The position numbers and the translations under genes were made by a program. A DNA stretch of 64,000 bases from Bacteroidaceae bacterium (GTDB taxonomy: Bacteria > Bacteroidota > Bacteroidia > Bacteroidales > Bacteroidaceae), in assembly GCA_017521285.1 (NCBI GenBank), contig JAFXDG010000131.1, positions 40,628 through 104,627 of the forward strand. Reading direction: 5' to 3'. The notes under the pieces are model-generated. The model was given only the letters and a program-made list of their open reading frames with translations, made no database searches and was not told the origin of the DNA. Positions 27,989 to 35,907 of this stretch are shown in pieces. The first letter of the stretch is position 1. Every line of letters begins with the position of its first letter.

Positions 27989-29332
27989 ATGGACAGAAGA
28001 GATTTCCTTAAAATAGTAGGTATCAGTACAGCAACAGGAGCTGCCACACTGTATGGTTGCAAGCCAAAGACTGAAACAGCCGCTGCAAGCGGTGAATTGG
28101 GTCCTGTTCCCACCGACAAAATGACTTATCGCAGTTACCCCTCATTGGGTGACGACAAGGTTTCCATCCTCGGTTACGGATGTATGCGTTGGCCGACCAT
28201 TCCAAATCCTGAAGGAAGAGGAGAAATTATCGATCAGGACGCCGTAAACGAACTGGTTGATTATGCCCTTGCCCATGGTGTGAACTATTTCGACACATCA
28301 CCCGTGTACGTACAGGGTTGGTCGGAAAAGTCAACGGGCATCGCCCTCAAGCGACATCCGCGTGAATCGTATTATATCGCTACCAAGCTTTCAAACTTCT
28401 CCAATGCATCGCGCGAGAACTCTATGGCCATGTACCGTCATTCATTCGAAGAACTACAAGTGGATTACATCGATTATTACCTGCTTCACTCCGTAGGCAA
28501 CGGACGTACCCTCAAGCAACGATATATTGACAATGGCATGATGGATTTCCTGATGGAAGAGCGTAAGGCCGGACGCATCCGCCGACTCGGTTTCTCTTTC
28601 CATGGTTCGCAGGAAGGATTCGACGAAATGCTCTCCTATCACGACCAGTATCATTGGGACTTCGTGCAGATACAGTTGAACTATGTTGACTGGAACGAAT
28701 CCAATGCCAAAGGGCTCTACGAATCGTTGGAAAAGTATCAGATTCCCGGTATCATCATGGAACCCCTGTTGGGAGGCCGACTCTCCAAATTGCCAGACCA
28801 CATTGTGGGACGATTGAAACAGAAAAGCCCTGAAAGCAGCGTTGCCTCATGGGCCTTCCGCTTTGCCGGTACACCAAAGATGATTCTGACCGTACTCAGT
28901 GGTATGACCTATATGGAACATCTGCAGGACAACATACGCACCTATTCGCCTCTTGTTCCGTTGACAGAAGAAGAAAAGGAATTCCTCTACGAAACAGGAC
29001 GATTGATCAAGCAGTATCCCACTATCCCGTGTAACGACTGCAAGTATTGTATGCCTTGTCCCTACGGTATCGACATTCCTGCTATTCTGGTGCACTACAA
29101 CAAGTGTGTGAACGAAGGAAATATTCCCGAAAGCCAACAGGATGAGAATTACCGCAAAGCCCGTCAGGCATTCCTCGTAGGGTATGACCGCAGTGTTCCC
29201 AAGTTGCGTCAGGCCAACCATTGTATCGGTTGCAACCAATGCAGCAAGAATTGTCCGCAACGCATCAACATTCCCCGACAGTTGCACCGTATTGACGACT
29301 TTGTGGAAAAGCTGAAGCAGAATATTTTATAA
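27989..29332 (+). CDS. Aldo/keto reductase with C-terminal 4Fe-4S dicluster domain; Tat lipoprotein signal
   Basis: MDRRDFLK...LYGC; LGYGCMRWP, GVNYFDTSPVY, IATKL, IMEPLLGG; CNDCKYCMPCPYG and CIGCNQC..NCPQ. Confidence 0.9.
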   Translation: MDRRDFLKIVGISTATGAATLYGCKPKTETAAASGELGPVPTDKMTYRSYPSLGDDKVSILGYGCMRWPTIPNPEGRGEIIDQDAVNELVDYALAHGVNYFDTSPVYVQGWSEKSTGIALKRHPRESYYIATKLSNFSNASRENSMAMYRHSFEELQVDYIDYYLLHSVGNGRTLKQRYIDNGMMDFLMEERKAGRIRRLGFSFHGSQEGFDEMLSYHDQYHWDFVQIQLNYVDWNESNAKGLYESLEKYQIPGIIMEPLLGGRLSKLPDHIVGRLKQKSPESSVASWAFRFAGTPKMILTVLSGMTYMEHLQDNIRTYSPLVPLTEEEKEFLYETGRLIKQYPTIPCNDCKYCMPCPYGIDIPAILVHYNKCVNEGNIPESQQDENYRKARQAFLVGYDRSVPKLRQANHCIGCNQCSKNCPQRINIPRQLHRIDDFVEKLKQNIL

Positions 29333-29333
29333 T

Positions 29334-29411
29334 GGTTGAAACGTTGAAGCGTTGAGATGCTTAAACGCATAAACGAATCAACGCATCAACCCTTCAACGA
29401 ATAAACGAATA
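29334..29411. repeat. Degenerate 8-mer array in inverted arrangement
   Basis: ggttgaaa cgttgaag cgttgaga ... cgaatcaa cgcatcaa cccttcaa cgaataaa; same unit as 15197-15277 and 16112-16220. Confidence 0.7.
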
Positions 29412-29412
29412 A

Positions 29413-29823
29413 ATGAAAACATTGATTGACATCTTGCACCAAGGCGGATACTCCTGTGTTATTCGCAACCATGGCGAGACACGCACATTCAAGCAACGGG
29501 GTGTAGCCGACCTATGGGCACTGTGCCAAGACAATGAAAATTTTTTGAATGAAGCACAGATAGCCGACAAGGTAGTTGGGAAAGGGGCTGCTGCCCTGAT
29601 GATTCGCGGAGGCATCAAAGAGGTGTATGCCGACGTTATCAGTACCCCCGCTCTCACGCTGCTGCAATCATACGGCACTCGGGTAACCTTCCTTACAGAG
29701 ACCGACCGCATCGTAAACCGTCAAGGCAATGGTCTTTGTCCTGTGGAGACCCTTTGCATCCAGCTTCAGTCAGTAGAAGATATGTACGAAGAAATTAGTA
29801 AATTCATAAACAGAAACAGATAA
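29413..29823 (+). CDS. DUF1893 (TM1506-like) protein
   Basis: RGVADL, ADKVVGKGAAALM, VYADVIS.PA, I.NR.G.GLCPVE. Confidence 0.88.
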   Translation: MKTLIDILHQGGYSCVIRNHGETRTFKQRGVADLWALCQDNENFLNEAQIADKVVGKGAAALMIRGGIKEVYADVISTPALTLLQSYGTRVTFLTETDRIVNRQGNGLCPVETLCIQLQSVEDMYEEISKFINRNR

Positions 29824-30326
29824 TGGAAAAGACAATCAAACTTTATACGCTGTCATACAGCGAAGCAAAGACCTATTGGATGGCCCTACTCTTTGTTGTA
29901 GGCAACATCGCTTTACCTCAATTATGCCACCTCATTCCGCAAGGTGGACTCACTTGGTTGCCCATTTACTTTTTCACCCTTGTGGGTGCCTACAAGTATG
30001 GTTGGAAAGTAGGATTGCTGACAGCCATTGCCTCTCCCCTCATCAACTCCATGTTGTTTGGGATGCCTGCGCAAGCCATGTTGCCTGCCATCCTCATGAA
30101 GTCAACCTTCTTGGCTTTTGCAGCAGGATGGATGGCACAGCGCACCCAACAAGTAACATTGCTCTCTCTGTTGGGCGTTGTTCTGGCATATCAGATTGCC
30201 GGCACTCTTGGCGAGTGGGCCATGACAAGCAGTCTTTTTACTGCTCTTCAAGACTTCCGCATCGGACTTCCCGGTATGGCTCTTCAGGTTATTGGCGGAT
30301 ACGCACTATTAAAAATCAATTCATAA
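29823..30326 (+). CDS. ECF transporter S-component-like membrane protein
   Basis: Hydrophobic; LPQLCH..P.GG...LPIYFFTLVGAYKYGW..GLLTAI.SP. Confidence 0.7.
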   Translation: MEKTIKLYTLSYSEAKTYWMALLFVVGNIALPQLCHLIPQGGLTWLPIYFFTLVGAYKYGWKVGLLTAIASPLINSMLFGMPAQAMLPAILMKSTFLAFAAGWMAQRTQQVTLLSLLGVVLAYQIAGTLGEWAMTSSLFTALQDFRIGLPGMALQVIGGYALLKINS

Positions 30327-30353
30327 TTAATAATTCATAATTCTCAATTAAAA

Positions 30354-30521
30354 ATGTTTGGCATTGGTTTTCAAGAAATACTTATCATAGCACTCGTTGT
30401 TCTTCTTTTCTTTGGAGGCAAAAAAATACCCGAACTGATGAAAGGCCTGGGCAAAGGCGTACGCAGTTTCAAGGACGGCATGAACGGAAAAGAAGAAAAG
30501 GAGAAAGAAGAAGAGAAATAA
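30354..30521 (+). CDS. tatA: Twin-arginine translocase subunit TatA (absent from the ORF track, 55 aa)
   Basis: [43 protein letters not shown]..., translated directly from the sequence. Confidence 0.93.
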   Translation: MFGIGFQEILIIALVVLLFFGGKKIPELMKGLGKGVRSFKDGMNGKEEKEKEEEK

Positions 30522-30523
30522 TC

Positions 30524-30640
30524 TAATGTGCTAATGTGACAATATGCTAATATGCCAATGTGCTAATAAGCCATGCGATGCTTGTTTGGTTTATTGGCAA
30601 ATTGGCACATTGGCCACATTAGCACATTAATTATCACATT
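30524..30640. repeat. Degenerate 8-mer array in inverted arrangement between tatA and tatC
   Basis: ctaatgtg ctaatgtg acaatatg ctaatatg ccaatgtg ... aaattggc acattggc cacattag cacatt. Confidence 0.7.
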
Positions 30641-30646
30641 AAATCC

Positions 30647-31417
30647 ATGACTTTTTGGGATCATCTCGATGAATTGCGCGACAGTCTGATAAAGATGGTT
30701 GTCGCTGTTGTGGTATGTGCTATCGCAGCCTTCTGTTTCAAAGAAGAACTTTTCCGCATCATCTTGGCTCCACAAGACAATGGTTTCATCACCTACCGTT
30801 TGTTGGAGCACATCAGTCAGTCTCTTTTTTCTTCCCAATCGTCCACAGGAGTGGATGCATTGAGTGTACAACTTATCAACACCGGACTTGCCCAACAGTT
30901 CCTTCTCCACGTCAAAGCCTCGCTCTGTGCCGGTGTGTTGCTCACTCTCCCCTACCTCATCTATCTGCTTTTCCATTTCGTATCGCCTGCTCTCTATTCC
31001 CACGAACGGCGCTATGCCATCCGCTTGGTGACGTCAGGATACGCCATGTTCATGCTCGGTGTACTGCTCAGTTATTTCCTCATTTTCCCTCTGATTTTCC
31101 GTTTCCTGGGTTCCTATCAAGTGAGCGAGGCCGTGGCCAACACCGTTACCATCGAATCCTACATGGACACTCTGATGAGCATCAGTCTCTCCATGGGCAT
31201 TTTGTTTGAAATCCCCGTCATCTGTTGGATTCTCGGCCGCATGGGTTTCATCAATGCACAGATGATGAGCCACTATCGTCGCCACGTCATTGTGGCTCTG
31301 CTCATTATTGCCGCCATCATCACTCCCACTTCCGATGTTTTCACCCTTTCCATCGTAGCCCTTCCCATGTGGTTGCTCTACGAGGTCAGCATTCTGATTG
31401 TCCGCAAGGAAAGATGA
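30647..31417 (+). CDS. tatC: Twin-arginine translocase subunit TatC
   Basis: MTFWDHLDELR, FVSPALY.HER, FEIPV, YRRH...I.AAIITPTSD...P..LLYE.S. Confidence 0.95.
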   Translation: MTFWDHLDELRDSLIKMVVAVVVCAIAAFCFKEELFRIILAPQDNGFITYRLLEHISQSLFSSQSSTGVDALSVQLINTGLAQQFLLHVKASLCAGVLLTLPYLIYLLFHFVSPALYSHERRYAIRLVTSGYAMFMLGVLLSYFLIFPLIFRFLGSYQVSEAVANTVTIESYMDTLMSISLSMGILFEIPVICWILGRMGFINAQMMSHYRRHVIVALLIIAAIITPTSDVFTLSIVALPMWLLYEVSILIVRKER

Positions 31418-31432
31418 TTTTCTTTTCGCCGA

Positions 31433-31936
31433 TCAACCTTTAGTTGATTGGGGAGTCCAGCTTTTGAAGAAACGTTCCACCTTATTCTTGTCATACCCTT
31501 TCCCCTCCTCCAGAAAACTGGAGTCTTGGGTGTGTATGACTTTGCCGTTCTCGTCGAGGATTACGATGACAGGGAAACCGAATCTGGCCGGATTGTTCAG
31601 TCGCTTCATCAGTAACTTTGCCTGTTCCTGTTTTTCAGCTCCCAAAGATTTGCGTGGGTTGTAGTTCGCATGGATATATATGAAATTCTCCTTGATGAGC
31701 GCATTTATAACACTGTCGCTTGTTATGAAATCGGCAAACCGCAAGCACCACGGACACCAATTACCCCCTACTTGGCAAGCCACAAACTTGCCTTCGCTCT
31801 TCGCTCTCTTCAGGGCCGAGTCTATTTGTTCCAATGGATTAATATCCTCATTATAGACCCTCTTCAAATTTCCTTGTCCCATCGTCGCTATGGGGAGCAT
31901 CAGTGCCACCAATGCAGTTGTCAGTACCTTTTTCAT
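31433..31936 (-). CDS. Exported thioredoxin-family protein
   Basis: Signal peptide, GGNWCPWC active site, cis-Pro loop GFPV. Confidence 0.88.
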   Translation of the reverse strand: MKKVLTTALVALMLPIATMGQGNLKRVYNEDINPLEQIDSALKRAKSEGKFVACQVGGNWCPWCLRFADFITSDSVINALIKENFIYIHANYNPRKSLGAEKQEQAKLLMKRLNNPARFGFPVIVILDENGKVIHTQDSSFLEEGKGYDKNKVERFFKSWTPQSTKG

Positions 31937-32110
31937 TATTGCTTTCTTTTTTTAAAAAAACGTTTAGTCACAGAACCTGTACGCATTCATTTCCTTCTCT
32001 GACATAATCGTATCCTTTTATCTTAATCTGTTGCAAAAGTAGTGAAACCCAACAGAAAAACAAAATAAAAGCCGAGTTTTTGGTCTTATTTTGGCTTCTT
32101 TGAGAGATTA

Positions 32111-32142
32111 TTTGGCAATGAACAGAAGACTTTGTATTTTTG
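32111..32142 (+). promoter_or_regulatory. Bacteroidetes housekeeping promoter (-33 TTTG / -7 TATTTTTG)
   Basis: TTTG at 32111-32114 and TAnnTTTG at 32135-32142, with a 20-nt spacer. Confidence 0.7.
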
Positions 32143-32145
32143 CAA

Positions 32146-32202
32146 TCTCGTAGAACCTGCCAAGCCTCTTAACAATGCTCAAATAGGCGGGTCGTTTTTT
32201 TA
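32146..32202 (+). ncRNA. Putative abiF-type small RNA (antitoxin), orphan
   Basis: acctgcc/ggcgggt stem enclosing aagcctcttaacaatgct, followed by a T-tract, directly after a promoter. From recall, it resembles the element upstream of Abi/AbiF genes in Prevotella/Bacteroides. Confidence 0.55.
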
Positions 32203-32434
32203 TATGCACATATAAGTTCCTGTTTATACATTAAATAGCCCTCCTTTATAGTAGCATATTGATATTTTTTTGTTTTTCGCGTTGCAAACGAAGGGACGGG
32301 ACGGAAAAAATGATGGGGGAGCTGATACGAGGAAGTAATCACATCACACGCAACGGAAAGACAAGAGGAATGATAATCCTCCAGTCGGAAGAATACCAAT
32401 CTTACAAAGGAATGATTACCATTCTTCTGAACTA

Positions 32435-32482
32435 TTAACTCCGCTCGCTTACCGTGTTTGTTCGGTTCGCGATCGGAGTTAA
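32435..32482. repeat. 48-bp REP-like palindrome, copy 2 (inverted relative to copy 1)
   Basis: ttaactccgctcgcttaccgtgtttgttcggttcgcgatcggagttaa. Confidence 0.85.
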
Positions 32483-32520
32483 TTTGGTTCGAGGAGAATC
32501 ACTTCATTGCCATCCAAATC

Positions 32521-33642
32521 TTACAATTTTACCGTAAATTCATTCCCATCATCCAATAATACTCTCATGATACAGGGAGTTTCTACAACTGGATAAGGTA
32601 TCAGATGCTCTGTTGCGCCTTTGAGAAGAGTTTGGTCTATCAAAGCACCGGAAACATTGTAAAGCTGAATTCGACGAATTGGACTTTCACAAGAAATTTG
32701 CCATCCTATTGAAGTTCTTCTTATGTGTAAATTTTCAGTCATTGAAGGTTTAATAGAAGTTTCACTCCTGTCTTTCTTAAATATTTTCCACTGCTCGTCA
32801 GCATTAATGTAGTTTTCGTAACACCCTTCGGAAACATATAATATAGCATCGTTGAAATAATTACCTTTTCCTCTATCGAAAGCCTTCTCTCCCAATATTG
32901 GTGGTGTCTCTGTTTGGAATACTAATTCGGCATAAAATTCATTATCGCAATCACAAGCCAACAAGTCGCAATCATAAAAGGCGTAGTTTTTTATTTCCTT
33001 AATTGTCTTAGGGAATACCAGTTTGTCAAAAGAACCTCCTTCAAATGCTCTTTCTTCGATTGTTTCTAAACCTTCTGGCATTTCGTTATAACGACTGCAA
33101 TACAAAATCTTGCCATCTTTAGAAAAAATGCCGTTTCCATAATTCTTATCAATTTTACAATACGGATTATCTTTGGAAATATTTAATGCTATATAACAAC
33201 CTTCAAAAACCCCAAATCCTCTTTTTGGGAAAATTCCAGTTAAAATCAAAGCCATAGAAGAATCATAAAATACACTATCACTAATATAAATTAATTTTTC
33301 GGGTAGGACAATGAGGCCTCCACCTGAATAGCGCTTATTGCCTATCAAATAGTTATATCTAAATCCCCATTCATAAAACGCCTTCTTCGGTATCGTATCA
33401 ATATCCGCTTTCCGAAGATTCAGTTCATGCAATTTAGGGAGATTGTTTTCGCGGAGAAAGGCGTAATCCTCATCCGCCAATGTACCCGTAATGAACAAAT
33501 AATTTACATTTTGCTTCTGCTCATCCGTCAACAGGTTAGCTAACGGTTTCCCCTTTACGTGTACAGTCAGTGAATCGGTTTGGGCATGAATTTCCAATAC
33601 GTTCAACAACAAGAAAATAAGTAATAGTCGTCTCATGGTCAC
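32521..33642 (-). CDS. BspA-type leucine-rich-repeat (LRR_5) surface protein with T9SS-type C-terminus
   Basis: Signal peptide; L.ITGTL...D..FLR, IPKKAF, LPEKL..I....F, IEERAF, FPKTIKEIKNYAF, TPP.LG..AF; C-terminal IQLYNVSGAL...TVKL. Visibly AT-rich. Confidence 0.82.
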   Translation of the reverse strand: MTMRRLLLIFLLLNVLEIHAQTDSLTVHVKGKPLANLLTDEQKQNVNYLFITGTLADEDYAFLRENNLPKLHELNLRKADIDTIPKKAFYEWGFRYNYLIGNKRYSGGGLIVLPEKLIYISDSVFYDSSMALILTGIFPKRGFGVFEGCYIALNISKDNPYCKIDKNYGNGIFSKDGKILYCSRYNEMPEGLETIEERAFEGGSFDKLVFPKTIKEIKNYAFYDCDLLACDCDNEFYAELVFQTETPPILGEKAFDRGKGNYFNDAILYVSEGCYENYINADEQWKIFKKDRSETSIKPSMTENLHIRRTSIGWQISCESPIRRIQLYNVSGALIDQTLLKGATEHLIPYPVVETPCIMRVLLDDGNEFTVKL

Positions 33643-33753
33643 ATTGAATTATGGGGTTGATATTTCTGCCTGCAAGATACACATAATACCACATACATCC
33701 AAACATATTTTGGAAAAAATGCGTAGAAGTGGAATATTCAGTATGATTTTCTT

Positions 33754-34272
33754 CTTTCCTTACACCCATTGGTAATAATTCCCACATTTCTGTTTTCTCT
33801 CTATTTCATCAGAGGGTAACACTCTGTAACGGGTACTTTTTTGTATATATATACAATGCACGAAGGCCGGAAGACAGAAAATGGGAAGACCGTGTGCACA
33901 CGTACCGCCAGCCGTGTGCACACAGTCGGCGGAGTTTCTTCAGACATACTACTACAGAATGTGTACACGCCCGACAGAGGATGTGGCACACGGGTAGGAA
34001 AGAGTGTGACTGCAAACGGGGGAAGTGTATAAATATACAATCCGACTGCATAAATATGCAAAACTGGCCGCACGAGAATCACGTATATGTATGCGACTTT
34101 CCTTTTGGACGAAAATAGGCGAGAATTTTGAATGGTGGATAAGTGGCTGAACATCACCTATGGATAAGGTGACATCATCATAGGGCTAAGCCATCCTTAC
34201 CCCTATGGTGAGTGAAAGACGAGAAAGCAAATTTTCTGTTTCTTTACAAAAGAATGAAAAGAATATTGACAA
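33754..34272. repeat. ~520-bp dispersed non-coding element, copy 2
   Basis: Colinear with 16327-16846; GTGTGCACAC at 33892 and 33914, variants at about 33959 and 33981. Confidence 0.9.
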
Positions 34273-34383
34273 GTTGGCAAGAGCAGTGCTGACGGATTTA
34301 TTTTCAGACAGAAAAACATAAGGCGCGGACTTCACGGATGAATGCGGATTTATCCAACTTCGCAAATGGTCTATTTATATGAT

Positions 34384-34506
34384 GTCTCTGTCATTCTGAG
34401 CCTTAGCGAAGAATCTGAGAATGTCAGCATAACCATTTTGCTTGTGTGTACAGATTTTTCGCTATGCTCAACAACTCGTCTTCACTGCGTTCAGAATGAC
34501 AGAGAC
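34384..34506. repeat. REP-like inverted repeat (GTCATTCTGAG..AGCGAAGAATC family), may double as GH8 terminator
   Basis: 16-bp perfect arms gtctctgtcattctga / tcagaatgacagagac, with internal agcgaagaatct / agatttttcgct. Confidence 0.75.
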
Positions 34507-34527
34507 CTTAATGTTTGATTCCGCTAC

Positions 34528-35808
34528 TTATTGCGGGAATATCACCTGATAGTTTCCGCTCAAGTGCATGAAGGCAAAGAGGCGGAGAAGGGCATCGTAG
34601 TACGCATCGAAATAGCCATCGGCAAAGGGTTCGTGCTTGGCATTCCACAGGGCATCTACAAACTCCTGAGTGTGGTCGTTGGTGTAGAGCAACGAAGTGG
34701 AGGCTACGGCTCCTACGAGACCGATGCTGTGGCGCAAGGCTTTTTCGGCACGACCGGCACGAAGAATCTCTTCATCGGCTGGAAGGGTTCCGTCGATGCG
34801 ATACTGATCGACAAAGTCGTTGACTCCCTGAGCATAGAAGAAGTTCTGAATCTTCTCGCCATACTGCTGCTGCCATTCGCGGTCGGCACAACTCCATGAG
34901 TAGTCGAGGGCGATGTTCATGGGCACACGCCATGAGTCGTAACGGAAGTTCTGTGAACCTCGCATCCATCCGCGGCTGTCCATGGGTGAGCCATCATAGT
35001 TACTGTAGTCGGGGTTCAAACCGGTGACAGGATGTGTGGCCTTGTGCAAATATTCGCGAGACACGCGGGCACACTCGTTCCAATAGTCGGCACGTCCGTC
35101 GTCGGCCCACTTGGCCCATACTTCGTAGAAAGCAGGAAGATGGTATGAGGGGTCGGTGAAACGAGAACCGCCACGGTCGGGAGTGAAGGTGATGAGCTTG
35201 TTCTCGGGATTGATGAGCGGCATGGCTCCACCCTCGCCCGTCTTTTCCATGGAGCAATTGAGGATGTGTTGTGCCTCGGCCTTGTAGTCGATGCCAGTGT
35301 CGTTGCCCCAACGGTTGGAAGCAAAGAGCAGGGCGGTGATGTAGTAGAGTTCGCCATCGCTGGCAGAGCCCCAACTGTTGCGGCTGCCATCAGTGCGGCA
35401 ACTCCAAGCGAAGTAGCCTTCACGAGGACCGTCGGGATGCTGCATATATTTCTGGCTCCAACGCCACAAGCGGTCGAAAACATCTTTCTTGTCGAGCTGT
35501 ACGGCAATCATCATGCCGTAGCTCATACCTTCGGTACGGACATCGTTGTTCTTGATGTCGGAAATATAGCCCATTGAATCGCCCACTTCGAAATAGCATT
35601 TGTTAGGGCCATAGAAGACATCGTTGAACACTTCGTCCAACTTGGCATCCACTTCGGCGGGGCTATAGCCGGCTTCTACAAACACATTGCGGTATTGCTT
35701 GGTTTCGAACCCTCCCTTTGAACTGGGGGAAGAGAGGCCGGCACTGCATGAAGTTGCCATTGTAAAGGAGAAAATGGACAGGATGGATAGAATAAGGTTT
35801 TGTTTCAT
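34528..35808 (-). CDS. GH8 xylanase / reducing-end exo-oligoxylanase-like
   Basis: DVRTEGMSYGMM.AVQ, GYFAWS, ASDGE.Y...AL.FAS.RWG, FTDPSYHLPAFY, YDSWRVPMN, YYD. Confidence 0.92.
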   Translation of the reverse strand: MKQNLILSILSIFSFTMATSCSAGLSSPSSKGGFETKQYRNVFVEAGYSPAEVDAKLDEVFNDVFYGPNKCYFEVGDSMGYISDIKNNDVRTEGMSYGMMIAVQLDKKDVFDRLWRWSQKYMQHPDGPREGYFAWSCRTDGSRNSWGSASDGELYYITALLFASNRWGNDTGIDYKAEAQHILNCSMEKTGEGGAMPLINPENKLITFTPDRGGSRFTDPSYHLPAFYEVWAKWADDGRADYWNECARVSREYLHKATHPVTGLNPDYSNYDGSPMDSRGWMRGSQNFRYDSWRVPMNIALDYSWSCADREWQQQYGEKIQNFFYAQGVNDFVDQYRIDGTLPADEEILRAGRAEKALRHSIGLVGAVASTSLLYTNDHTQEFVDALWNAKHEPFADGYFDAYYDALLRLFAFMHLSGNYQVIFPQ

Positions 35809-35827
35809 AATTCAAGAATATGTTTCA

Positions 35828-35886
35828 GACATAAGAACAAAAGGACAAAAGAAAGATGACTTCTTATGTACTTATGTTCTTATGTC
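35828..35886. repeat. Inverted 8-mer array / hairpin
   Basis: gacataagaaca... / ...tgttcttatgtc. Confidence 0.6.
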
Positions 35887-35907
35887 AAAAATAAGTTATA
35901 TAAAAAC

